Positions 1-8,231 of a DNA stretch of 32,000 nucleotides are shown one piece after another. The position numbers and the translations under genes are program-made. Under the pieces are notes generated by a model. It saw only the letters and a program-made list of their open reading frames with translations. It was not told the origin of the DNA and searched no databases. Each line of letters opens with the position of its first letter. Position 1 is the stretch's first letter. Source of the DNA: Vibrio cholerae ATCC 14035 (GTDB taxonomy: Bacteria; Pseudomonadota; Gammaproteobacteria; Enterobacterales; Vibrionaceae); the NCBI RefSeq assembly GCF_000621645.1, contig NZ_JHXR01000030.1:2979-34978 (forward strand), given 5' to 3'.

Positions 1-456
1 CAGATAAAGCGCCTCATTGGTTTCAACTTCAATCGTGCTGCCAGATTTCAGGTTAAAGCTATTCATCCGGCGAACGGGGTAAGGGATCTCGCCAGTTTCA
101 AGAAGCTGACCGTTTGTCAGGCAGAATGATTTGAGAATGACGGTTTCATGCTGGGGATTAATCAACTTCTTCTGAAGGTGGGTGTAATCCTGAGGAGCCT
201 CGGCAACTTGATGCGTTGCTGGTTCATCAATGCCTAGCGCCATCTTTGCAATAGGGATGCCCTTCGCCAGATGAAGTCTCACCATCAATTCGTGAGATGT
301 ACGATTGTGAAGGTTCCAAGTGCTGAAAGTCGCTTTAGGTACATCAAAAAGTTCAGCCATATCGCCAAACGTTGAACATCCTGTAACTTCCTTTAAAACC
401 TCTGTGAATTCATGACCTTTTATATAGTCAAAAGGTGGAATCTTTGTGTTTTTCAT
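1..456 (-). CDS. cI: Immunity repressor CI, coliphage-186 type (first 152 codons; the 3' end runs off the window)
   Basis: My own reverse-strand translation from the ATG at 456-454 reads MKNTKIPPFDYIKGHEFTEVLKEVTGCSTFGDMAELFDVPKATFSTWNLHNRTSHELMVRLHLAKGIPIAKMALG...SFNLKSGSTIEVETNEALYL and stays open to position 1. It is absent from the ORF track because it is truncated. The N-terminal HTH layout resembles the Phage_CI_repr domain of 186 CI. The gene is divergent from the cox-like gene. Confidence 0.75.
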   Translation of the reverse strand, partial: MKNTKIPPFDYIKGHEFTEVLKEVTGCSTFGDMAELFDVPKATFSTWNLHNRTSHELMVRLHLAKGIPIAKMALGIDEPATHQVAEAPQDYTHLQKKLINPQHETVILKSFCLTNGQLLETGEIPYPVRRMNSFNLKSGSTIEVETNEALYL

Positions 457-490
457 ATCGCCACGAGTTTATTTTTTGACATTGATCGCT

Positions 491-538
491 ATTTGTTTAC
501 TTGCGTGATTGTTTTTGGCGATCTAATATCTGTTTGTG
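491..538 (+). promoter_or_regulatory. Candidate rightward early promoter with direct-repeat operator candidates
   Basis: -35 TTGCGT (501-506), 17-bp spacer, -10 TAATAT (524-529). Three direct TGTTT-containing repeats (494-498, 510-514, 531-535) flank the -35 and -10 hexamers. The region lies in the cI/cox divergent intergenic space. Confidence 0.4.
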
Positions 539-604
539 TTCCGGTTCCAACGCCGACCAAGACCGAATAGAACCGATGATTTAACAACGTTTAAGGATAT
601 CACC

Positions 605-817
605 ATGCTGACATATGAGGTAGCACCCGAAAGCCCATACGTGACCTGTGAAAAGTATTCCGTCATTTCCGGTTTACCGATGGGCACCATTCGCCAGTAC
701 ATCGCAGAAGGGCGAATCATCATCAAACCCAAAACCAAAACGAAAGAAAAACCCTTAGTCAACATGGTTGCGATGCACGAAATCGCAGCGCGTGAAGCTA
801 TGCAGGTGCTGGGGTAA
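605..817 (+). CDS. cox: Cox/Apl-like small regulator (excisionase / early repressor)
   Basis: ATG at 605 is preceded by AAGGA (592-596). The 70-aa product is MLTYEVAPESPYVTCEKYSVISGLPMGTIRQYIAEGRIIIKPK... Its position is divergent from cI, as for P2/HP1 cox. The track's upstream start at 536 would sit at or before the predicted transcription start. Confidence 0.55.
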   Translation: MLTYEVAPESPYVTCEKYSVISGLPMGTIRQYIAEGRIIIKPKTKTKEKPLVNMVAMHEIAAREAMQVLG

Positions 818-927
818 TCATGCGTTTCTCCTCCCTGATTCCAACTAAAAACTATTGCCCGTTGTGGCTACATCTGTTTGCAGCGTCAGTCATTTGCATA
901 CCGCCTTTTATATAAGGATTGTTAATT

Positions 928-1467
928 ATGGTTTCTGACATCGCCATGTATGAATTACGTGAACGCAAACAGCAAGCTTACAACGCCGTTTGCAGTGATT
1001 TCGTTGTCAATCACAACATTGAACAGCTCGCCAAACGCATTTCGTTAGACGGGCAATCGCTGCGCAACATGCTCAACCCTGCACAGCCGCACAAACTGAG
1101 CCCAGTTGATTTAGTGCTGCTGTGCAAGGCATCAGGGGATTACACCATCATCAATACCCTTTTCAGTGATTGCGGCGTAGTTGCCGTGGCGCTGCCAGAG
1201 CAAGGGGAAGAAAAGAACATCATTGAGCGCGTACTGCTCAACACCTCGCTTTGTGGGGAACTCTCTAGTGATGCAATGCAAATGTGCACCGCAGAGCGTT
1301 TACCGCGCAGCCGTAAGCGCAAAACCCTCGCGAAGTGCCAAGCCGCCTTGGGCAACTTGGCATTACTGATCGCCGATTTAGAAAAACGCACAACAGGCCT
1401 GCAACCCTTGATACAAATGGGTTCGGATTTCATGGCTCAAGGTGCGCCAATCCCCGGATTCGCATAA
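928..1467 (+). CDS. cII: Phage regulatory protein CII (CP76 family, as in coliphage 186)
   Basis: The block LRNMLNPAQPHKLSPVDLVLLCKASGDYTIINTLF matches the remembered 186 CII block LRNKLNPEQPHQFTPPELWLLTDLTEDSTLVDGFL. Start taken as ATG 928; the track starts at TTG 919. Confidence 0.8.
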   Translation: MVSDIAMYELRERKQQAYNAVCSDFVVNHNIEQLAKRISLDGQSLRNMLNPAQPHKLSPVDLVLLCKASGDYTIINTLFSDCGVVAVALPEQGEEKNIIERVLLNTSLCGELSSDAMQMCTAERLPRSRKRKTLAKCQAALGNLALLIADLEKRTTGLQPLIQMGSDFMAQGAPIPGFA

Positions 1468-1479
1468 GGAGAAAACACC

Positions 1480-1914
1480 ATGTCAGCCATCGCAGAAACG
1501 CGCCAGCAAGTGCAGCGCAATAAACAACAAATGCAAACGGCAGAACACAGTGAAGCCGTGAACCTGCCGCAGTACCACGCACCACGCAGCCGCGCAGAGG
1601 TAGATGCCTACCTCGCCACGCTGCCGCATGTGCCCGCCGCGCACAGCATTGCGATGGCGCACGCCCTGTTTGAAAGCAGCTACAAGCGCAACAAAGTGCG
1701 CAAAGCCTATAACGCGCTAACCCTAAAGCAACGCGCCATGTGCTGCATTGCGGGTGATCTTGACCCGCGAATCGCAAACGTCACCTTTGACCAACTCAAC
1801 GACATCGAGCGCCAAAAGGTGCGCCGTGGTTTGGAAGAGATGAACAAAGTGACCAAACGCTTTGAGTGTGAAGTAGGCAACGTGAGCCAACTGAAAGCGC
1901 CCGATTTCCTTTAA
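1480..1914 (+). CDS. Hypothetical early protein (144 aa)
   Basis: AGGAG lies 8 nt upstream of the ATG. The ORF is long, in operon orientation and followed by a hairpin plus T-run. No family recognised. Confidence 0.6.
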   Translation: MSAIAETRQQVQRNKQQMQTAEHSEAVNLPQYHAPRSRAEVDAYLATLPHVPAAHSIAMAHALFESSYKRNKVRKAYNALTLKQRAMCCIAGDLDPRIANVTFDQLNDIERQKVRRGLEEMNKVTKRFECEVGNVSQLKAPDFL

Positions 1915-1931
1915 ACCTAGCCAACCCCGTT

Positions 1932-1971
1932 GCCCCCGCAGTGTTCCACAAGGAAAGGGGGGCTTTTTTTT
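1932..1971 (+). terminator. Intrinsic terminator inside the early operon
   Basis: GCCCCC (1932-1937) pairs with GGGGGC (1958-1963). An inner TTCC/GGAA stem (1944-1947 / 1952-1955) carries an ACAA loop. T8 follows at 1964-1971. Confidence 0.55.
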
Positions 1972-1989
1972 CGTCTTAGCGTAGGAGCA

Positions 1990-2529
1990 ATGAAGATGAA
2001 TAAAGAACTGGAACAAGCCATGGCACTTCGTGAAGAAGCGCGAGAAATGCTGGCTCAATCTCGTGTTATGCACGAAGTCACACTCAGTAACCAACGCCAA
2101 GTGACATTGGCCGTAAGCACTCTTTTACCACGTCCGCTGATTGTGGATATGACGGTAGACATTTCAGAAGCTGAAGCAGAAAAGCTCGCAACCTTCGCGG
2201 AAGATATGGCGGCAAGCATGAGAAGCCGCGATGTTTACGACATCGTTCACGCCATCAACGTACTGGCTATGGCGAATACGGATGTGTTGTTCATATTCAC
2301 TAACTTTTCCGCTCACGTTAACGCTTTTGAGGTTTATGCGGTTTCGCCTCAGTCATTTTTATCGGGTGAAACTCCATACAAACGTTTGATTGATAAGACG
2401 GTTTATCTTCACTGGGATAACGCCCTCGAAAGACTCCTCGCCATTGAAAGCCAACTCACAGAGCTGATCATCGAAGCCCGTGAAGCCGCAGTAAACCCAG
2501 CCACTGAACAGGCCGAGGTGAAAGCATGA
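1990..2529 (+). CDS. Hypothetical early protein (179 aa)
   Basis: AGGAG at 1983-1987 and ATG at 1990; the track's start at 1930 lies inside the terminator. The stop overlaps the next start (ATGA). No family recognised. Confidence 0.6.
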   Translation: MKMNKELEQAMALREEAREMLAQSRVMHEVTLSNQRQVTLAVSTLLPRPLIVDMTVDISEAEAEKLATFAEDMAASMRSRDVYDIVHAINVLAMANTDVLFIFTNFSAHVNAFEVYAVSPQSFLSGETPYKRLIDKTVYLHWDNALERLLAIESQLTELIIEAREAAVNPATEQAEVKA

Positions 2530-2936
2530 ACGATTTCGCTATCACGGTATATCGCGACTCTTTGGTTGAAATGCTCAAAGATGAAGGCTTTCCCGTAGAC
2601 CAAATCCCTAACTTTCTTGCCGCATTTTCTGAGTTCAAGATTGAGGGAGAAGACGTTGTTCAAATCCACTTCGAACGGGCAATGCTCGCAAACCACAACT
2701 ACACATGCACTGTTCCAAAGCTGACAAGTCACCTGTTCCTGCTTGGGTGGTGGTGCTTCTGGGTTGTCGTGTTTAACCAAACCACTGTTGGCTCTAGCCA
2801 CTTTCAAGCAGCAGGGGCGATTCGCTCTCTCACCTTCCTAGCCAGTTGCACCAGTAACAAAAAACTCGCCAAACGCATGGCGGAATGGTGGGAAGAGTGC
2901 CAGCCAGTTATCGGCACATCATTGGAGGTGTTTTGA
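2526..2936 (+). CDS. Hypothetical early protein with one hydrophobic segment (136 aa)
   Basis: Translationally coupled start. Contains the segment SHLFLLGWWCFWVVVF. No family recognised. Confidence 0.5.
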   Translation: MNDFAITVYRDSLVEMLKDEGFPVDQIPNFLAAFSEFKIEGEDVVQIHFERAMLANHNYTCTVPKLTSHLFLLGWWCFWVVVFNQTTVGSSHFQAAGAIRSLTFLASCTSNKKLAKRMAEWWEECQPVIGTSLEVF

Positions 2937-2937
2937 T

Positions 2938-3183
2938 ATGTCTAACCAACACGAAAGCAACATCACTAACTGTTCAGAATGCCATACATGCGATTGCTGT
3001 TACTGGTTGCCACATGCCGATGGCGAAGGCCGCTGGGTATGTGAGCTCTGCATAAGTGAGCTCTATGCCCATATATGCGCTTCTTGTTGCCGTGAAGCAG
3101 ACATCGACCAGTGCGAAAGCGAAGAGCAAATGATGCCTATTTGCTACGAGTGTGCAGAAAAAAAATACGAAGGTGGAGAGTAG
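2938..3183 (+). CDS. Cysteine-rich small protein, probable multi-zinc binding (81 aa)
   Basis: About 14 Cys arranged in CxxC-type pairs: CSEC, HTCDCC, CELC, CASCC, CYEC. Confidence 0.55.
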   Translation: MSNQHESNITNCSECHTCDCCYWLPHADGEGRWVCELCISELYAHICASCCREADIDQCESEEQMMPICYECAEKKYEGGE

Positions 3184-3185
3184 CC

Positions 3186-3413
3186 ATGCAGTACGCCGCA
3201 ATCCTCGTCACGCCTGATGGTGGATTCATCCGCCATCAGCAAACCCAAGAAGTCGCCAACATCCTGATTGGCGATTTTGATTCCTTTGATGATGCCATCA
3301 ACCAAGCGTGCCAAGACCTCAATTGCCAACACCTGAACAAAGGTGTGCTGACCAAAGGCGAAGGCAAGGGCGGTTTTATGGTCGTTACCACCCAAGATTT
3401 GGAGGCAGTATGA
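3186..3413 (+). CDS. Hypothetical small protein (75 aa)
   Basis: ATG at 3186 directly follows the previous stop. Product begins MQYAAILVTPDGGFIRHQQTQ... The longer track ORF from 3111 overlaps the Cys-rich gene. Confidence 0.5.
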   Translation: MQYAAILVTPDGGFIRHQQTQEVANILIGDFDSFDDAINQACQDLNCQHLNKGVLTKGEGKGGFMVVTTQDLEAV

Positions 3414-4027
3414 GCTCAACCAACGGCGAAGTATTAGAAAACGAACTTTACCCAACTCCAGCAGAAGTGGTTGACGCCCTGCTGGCAAAACTCACTTTGC
3501 GCAGTAGCGATACATTTCTAGAACCCTGCTACGGAACAGGTGCGATCTACGAAAAAATTGCCTTACCTGCCAGCCAAAAATCATTCGCTGAAATTCAAAA
3601 AGGCATTGATTACCTGACCACGGATTTTGGTCAGCAAGACGTGATCATCACTAACCCGCCTTTTTCACTCACCGAAGAGTTCATGCGCAAAAGCCTGAAA
3701 GAGTTAGCACCAGACGGAACCATGGTTTATTTGCAGCGCTTGAACTATTTGGGCGCAACCAAGCGCTTGCCATTCTGGTTTGAAATCGGCTTTCCGCAGA
3801 AAACACCAGTGATCGTGCCGCGTCCACGCTTTGTGAAAGGCGGGAATGATTCGTGCGAATACGCATGGTTTATTTGGGATAAAGGCAACCGCCTAGCCAT
3901 TCCTCAAGGTTTAAGCCACATCGTTTCTATCGGTTTGGTGCAGTGTGATAACTGCAAAAACGAACTGAGAAAAAAAGACACCCACTGCAAGCGCTGCGGA
4001 GCAGCAACCAAAAGGGAGGCCGCATGA
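3410..4027 (+). CDS. DNA N6-adenine methyltransferase with a C-terminal zinc ribbon
   Basis: AdoMet motif LEPCYGTGAIY and catalytic motif IITNPPFS. C-terminal CDNC...CKRC. ATG 3410 overlaps the upstream stop (ATGA). Confidence 0.8.
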   Translation: MSSTNGEVLENELYPTPAEVVDALLAKLTLRSSDTFLEPCYGTGAIYEKIALPASQKSFAEIQKGIDYLTTDFGQQDVIITNPPFSLTEEFMRKSLKELAPDGTMVYLQRLNYLGATKRLPFWFEIGFPQKTPVIVPRPRFVKGGNDSCEYAWFIWDKGNRLAIPQGLSHIVSIGLVQCDNCKNELRKKDTHCKRCGAATKREAA

Positions 4028-4134
4028 TCACCCTTTGCCCTTACTGCCCAAACCAAGTGAAAGAGAGTGACACCACTTGCCCGCATTGCGGAATGCCAAT
4101 CGCCAAGCAAGAAAACCAGAAGGAGGCCGCATGA
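4024..4134 (+). CDS. Zinc-ribbon mini-protein (36 aa), not in the ORF track
   Basis: My translation is MITLCPYCPNQVKESDTTCPHCGMPIAKQENQKEAA. The ATGA start overlaps the methyltransferase stop, and its own stop overlaps the next ATG. GGAGG lies upstream. Confidence 0.45.
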   Translation: MITLCPYCPNQVKESDTTCPHCGMPIAKQENQKEAA

Positions 4135-4715
4135 TTCCACGCATCAAGAACCCTGTTAAGCAGGGGCAGGTAATTATGATTGATGGACGTTATTTCTCTA
4201 ATTTCGGTAAGAAAGGCCAAGTGCTGACCGCTTGGTCTTTGGCTGGTGCTGAGGTCTTTTTAGGTGATCTGGCTCCGGTACTTAAAAAGCTGGATGAGAA
4301 AGGGAAAAAGTACACGGTTCGTCTTGTTGAAGTGCAAGAGCGCTCAGGGCTGACTTTGAAAGATTTCTACCAACTTTCTTACCAGCTCAGACGCATGGTC
4401 ATTAAAGCCGAAGTAATTAGCCCAATTATCGGATGTAGCGAGTTAGCCAGAAAAATCAGCTTATTATCAGCAGCGGTTGTTATGTTGGAAAGAGAGTTTT
4501 CAGACGAGTGTTTGAAAAAAGTAGGTATCAACATTAGTAGCAACTTGTTCAAGTATTCTTACCCGTTGGAATACACACTCGATTGCATTGAGGTAGGGCT
4601 GAAAGACCGACTACTAGTATACAAAGAACACAAAAAAATAGATGCACTTCGCCGCGAACAGTATCTATTGAAAGGTGGTGATCTATGCGTATTTGATGCG
4701 GATGTACCATTTTGA
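4131..4715 (+). CDS. Hypothetical protein (194 aa), AT-rich
   Basis: GGAGG RBS and ATG at 4131. Hand-counted 60-nt lines give about 33-42% GC, against about 57% in the adjacent rep gene. No family recognised. Confidence 0.55.
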   Translation: MIPRIKNPVKQGQVIMIDGRYFSNFGKKGQVLTAWSLAGAEVFLGDLAPVLKKLDEKGKKYTVRLVEVQERSGLTLKDFYQLSYQLRRMVIKAEVISPIIGCSELARKISLLSAAVVMLEREFSDECLKKVGINISSNLFKYSYPLEYTLDCIEVGLKDRLLVYKEHKKIDALRREQYLLKGGDLCVFDADVPF

Positions 4716-7273
4716 ACACCCTAGTGGAACCAACCGAAATCGAGCTGTTCGACTTCCCTTGGCAAGCGCCGCTGTCACCGATTAACTATGACGTGACAGC
4801 GATTGCCGCTGGCCATAAAGTCGCGAACGTTGAACCCGACGACATGAGCGTGATCGAGCGCCGACTTTACGAAGTCGATGCGCTTTCTCACGAGTGGCGC
4901 AAAGCCTTTTTTCAAGACGTGCCGCCATACCTCGCGAAATACTTTGCTGAACGCTACATCCGCACTTATGAGCAAAAGGGCTCGCGAGCGGCGAATACCT
5001 TCCTGCGTGAAAAAATGCGCCCAGCCAAAGAGCGCGTGCTCAAAGTGCTGCAACAATACAAACAACTGCCTAACACACAAAAGGTGGCTTTGCTCAGTGA
5101 AGAATATGAAGACACTGATCAAAGCGACTTTTCACCACTGCCTGAAACCAAACCACAAATGAAGTTTGATTTCGAAGCCGCAGAGAAAAACCGCAAACCA
5201 GTCAAACAGCGCCTGCTTGCTGAATTAGAGCAAGACGAACTGCGCGACATGGCATTCCGCATTGCCAAAATCATGGAAGCCTATTTGCAGCTCACTGCTA
5301 GCCGCAAACACGCCGACAGCGAAGAAGATGTAGACCAAGCGGTTGTTGATGCTTACGAAGCGCTCGCCCACTTCTGCACCAAAACTTTTGGCATTAAAGC
5401 GCCGCGCAAATACAAAGCGCAAAACCACCTTTCAGCGTCCAGCGACATCATGCGCATGATCAGTGATTCGTGGTGGCTTGGCCGCTTAGTCAAAGTGCGC
5501 AAAATCATGCGTGAACACCTCGCCATCGCCATGGGTCAGGTATCAAACAACGCCTCACCTTATGCGAGTTGGGATTGTGTGCGCGAGCACCAAGAGCAGC
5601 AACAACGCAACTATGAAGCCATCAAAAACATGGTGCTGTTCGATGAAGAAACCGAAGAAGAGCACGACCTGTGGGACATGGTCAAAAAGAGCGTTTCTAA
5701 CCCTGCGATTCGCCGCCATGAACTGATGGTGCGCTGCCGTGGCTGTGAAGACATCGGCAACGAGCTGGGTTTGCAAGGCTTGTTCCTCACTCTCACCACG
5801 CCGTCGAAGTACCACAACAGCTACAAAAAAGGCGGCTTTATCGACCACTGGAACGGAGCCAGCCCGCGCGATGCTCAAGCCTACTTAAACAAAAAGTGGC
5901 AGCTGATCCGCGCCAAACTGAACCGTGACGAAATCCGTTGGTTTGGTGTGCGAGTTGCCGAGCCGCATCACGATGGCACGCCACACTGGCATTTGCTGAT
6001 TTGGGTAAGAAAGGAAGACATTTCCGCCGTGCGTGACACCTTCATCACCTACGCGACAGAAGAAGACCGGGGCGAACTGCACCCAGAATTCGAAAAAGAG
6101 AAACAAAAGCCGTTTCGCAAAGTCGTGTATGTGGGGCCGCTTGATTACCGCCCACGCTGTGATTTTGGCTACATCGACCCAACCAAAGGCACGGCCACTG
6201 GTTACATCGCCAAATACATTTCAAAGAACATCGACGGCTACGCGATGGATGGCGACATATCAGACGAAACCGGAAAGCCAGTCAAAGACATGGCACGCAA
6301 CGTCAGCGCATGGAAAAGCCGCTGGAGTATTCGCCAGTTTCAATTCTTCGGTGGTGCGCCTGTGACCACATACCGCGAACTGCGCCGCCTCGCGAACCAG
6401 AATAAAAAAGCCTTCATGGAGTACATTTTCATGCAGGAAAGAGCCGATCTCATCAGCATGTATGAGTTGCTGCACTATCAACTCGTTGGCGCTTACAAGC
6501 CAGCGCGAGTCATGACCAATCAAGAACTGGTCGAAGTGATCGCCAAAAGCTACGAAGCCCGCGCCAAAACAGAGATTCCCCATGTGGCCGCTGTGCTGCG
6601 CTCTGCCGATGAAGGGCGTTGGCATGGTTACATCATGAATCAAGGTGGCCCCTTCGTGAAACGCAAAGAGCTATTAGTTACCAACGTGTATCAAGAGCTG
6701 CCGTTTGCTTCTCCTTACGCCGAAGCCATCCGCAAGTTGGAAGGAATCGCCACACCCGAGCAAGTCATTAAAACCCGTGAAAAGGTTTGGACAATCAAAC
6801 GCAAGGGCAAGGAAACCACAGAAGGTGAAGCGGTGGGTTTTGGGAGCGAAGCGACTGCCTTTGGCGGCTCTGCCGCCTCTCGGAGTTCTGTCAATAACTG
6901 TACGGAGCCATTTACCGGACAGGTCAGCACTCAGCTAACCCGTTTGTTGCAGCCGGACAGGCTAAAAGGATCACAAAACGATCAGATTGTTGATGAAGTC
7001 GCCATCAGCGCCCTGTTTAAAGGCAGCACATTGCGACTCGATGACGAAACAGAACTGAAAATCCGCCCTGCGGAGGTGGATGAACACGGAAAAATCAGGC
7101 CAGCGCGTTTGGTTGAAGTAAAACGCGAGGTCGATAGCGACATTTGGTGCCGCTTCGAAGGCTGGGAGAAGTTCGAACAGCAAATGGAGAAGCTAAACCA
7201 GAAACCACAAGAACATTCACAACCAGACCTATCGTTCTTCCAAGAGTTGGAAGGCGACTGGCCATTAGCGTAG
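4712..7273 (+). CDS. Replication initiation endonuclease, P2 gpA family (HUH rolling-circle)
   Basis: HUH motif AEPHHDGTPHWHLLIW and tyrosine motif GYIAKYISKN. The 853-aa product has a TTG start overlapping the upstream stop (TTGA). Confidence 0.9.
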   Translation: MNTLVEPTEIELFDFPWQAPLSPINYDVTAIAAGHKVANVEPDDMSVIERRLYEVDALSHEWRKAFFQDVPPYLAKYFAERYIRTYEQKGSRAANTFLREKMRPAKERVLKVLQQYKQLPNTQKVALLSEEYEDTDQSDFSPLPETKPQMKFDFEAAEKNRKPVKQRLLAELEQDELRDMAFRIAKIMEAYLQLTASRKHADSEEDVDQAVVDAYEALAHFCTKTFGIKAPRKYKAQNHLSASSDIMRMISDSWWLGRLVKVRKIMREHLAIAMGQVSNNASPYASWDCVREHQEQQQRNYEAIKNMVLFDEETEEEHDLWDMVKKSVSNPAIRRHELMVRCRGCEDIGNELGLQGLFLTLTTPSKYHNSYKKGGFIDHWNGASPRDAQAYLNKKWQLIRAKLNRDEIRWFGVRVAEPHHDGTPHWHLLIWVRKEDISAVRDTFITYATEEDRGELHPEFEKEKQKPFRKVVYVGPLDYRPRCDFGYIDPTKGTATGYIAKYISKNIDGYAMDGDISDETGKPVKDMARNVSAWKSRWSIRQFQFFGGAPVTTYRELRRLANQNKKAFMEYIFMQERADLISMYELLHYQLVGAYKPARVMTNQELVEVIAKSYEARAKTEIPHVAAVLRSADEGRWHGYIMNQGGPFVKRKELLVTNVYQELPFASPYAEAIRKLEGIATPEQVIKTREKVWTIKRKGKETTEGEAVGFGSEATAFGGSAASRSSVNNCTEPFTGQVSTQLTRLLQPDRLKGSQNDQIVDEVAISALFKGSTLRLDDETELKIRPAEVDEHGKIRPARLVEVKREVDSDIWCRFEGWEKFEQQMEKLNQKPQEHSQPDLSFFQELEGDWPLA

Positions 7274-7282
7274 GAGCTAGTT

Positions 7283-7819
7283 ATGAAAAAAGTTAAATCG
7301 CCGGAAGATATGCCATATCGATTACCTAAACCTGTGATTTTCTTTAATTCCACAAGTACAACGATAAGCAGTTTAGTGTCGAGTTCTGGCTATGGTAAGG
7401 AAGCATATCCATGGGCTGAACGTATGCTAGGACGATTCCCCTTGCCTAAATGGCAACGGCAATTAGTTTGGTCTGATGCACAAAAGCTCAGTTTTATAGA
7501 ATCTGTCTTTATGGGATATGACTTAGGCAGCGTCATGATTAATTCATATGAGGATCTAGGAAATGGTTTAACGCGCCCTATGTCAGACATATTGATCGAC
7601 GGGCAGCAACGCATATCAGCACTATTAGCATTTATAAATAACGAATTTGAATATGAGGGGTACTTCTGGAAAAACCTTAATCGCAGAGAACAAAGGAGAT
7701 TTTTAGAACGCGAAATGGGTAAGCGAACGACTGAATGCTATGACGAAAATGAATTAAAAAAAGTCTACAATCACCTTAACTTTTCTGGTGTTCGCCACGA
7801 AATTTCAGAAATGGCTTAA
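7283..7819 (+). CDS. Standalone DUF262 (ParB/Srx-like, GmrSD N-terminal type) protein, 178 aa
   Basis: PLPKWQRQLVW matches the FQR..vW motif and LIDGQQRISALL matches the DGQQR motif. No DUF1524/HNH half is present. AGGAG RBS lies 9 nt after the rep stop. A sampled 60-nt line gives about 33% GC. Confidence 0.75.
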   Translation: MKKVKSPEDMPYRLPKPVIFFNSTSTTISSLVSSSGYGKEAYPWAERMLGRFPLPKWQRQLVWSDAQKLSFIESVFMGYDLGSVMINSYEDLGNGLTRPMSDILIDGQQRISALLAFINNEFEYEGYFWKNLNRREQRRFLEREMGKRTTECYDENELKKVYNHLNFSGVRHEISEMA

Positions 7820-7863
7820 AGGCTATTAACAAATTACCTCAACACAAAGAGAGTACCACCACC

Positions 7864-7889
7864 AAGCGCCTGCGGGCGCTTTGTTGTCT
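7864..7889 (+). terminator. Hairpin terminator between convergent genes
   Basis: AAGCGCC (7864-7870) pairs with GGCGCTT (7875-7881) around a TGCG loop, followed by TGTTGTCT. Confidence 0.5.
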
Positions 7890-7892
7890 CCG

Positions 7893-8231
7893 CTATGCGC
7901 TGCGGCTTTGCGCCGCAATTTCATCATTAATCGACTTAATCAACTCAATCAAACAATCACGAATCGGCGCGGGGAGAGAATCCACCTGCTTGCCTTCTGG
8001 CGAACTCACCGCCCCGTGCATGATCATATGCCCAACTGAAATCTCAAGCGCCGTACTTAAACGCCGAATCTGGGCAATATCCACCACTCGTTCACCCTGT
8101 TCTAACCGCTGCAACATACGCAGCGAAACGCCAGCACGCTCGGCAACCTGCTGCTGAGTTAAGCGCTTACGCAAACGCTCCTGCGTGAAAAACTGCATGA
8201 TGGGATCAATATCGTGAATCGTTTTTGCCAT
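7893..8231 (-). CDS. XRE-family helix-turn-helix regulator (112 aa)
   Basis: ERLRKRLTQQQVAERAGVSLRMLQRLEQGERVVDIAQIRRLSTALEISV is a canonical HTH_3 pattern. GAGG RBS is present. Confidence 0.8.
   Translation of the reverse strand: MAKTIHDIDPIMQFFTQERLRKRLTQQQVAERAGVSLRMLQRLEQGERVVDIAQIRRLSTALEISVGHMIMHGAVSSPEGKQVDSLPAPIRDCLIELIKSINDEIAAQSRSA

Noticed and set aside
536-604. An upstream GTG-initiated extension of the cox-like ORF (the track start at 536).
   Set aside because: The predicted -10 (524-529) would place the transcription start at about this position. The extension is Arg/Pro-rich, and a good AAGGA RBS serves the ATG at 605.
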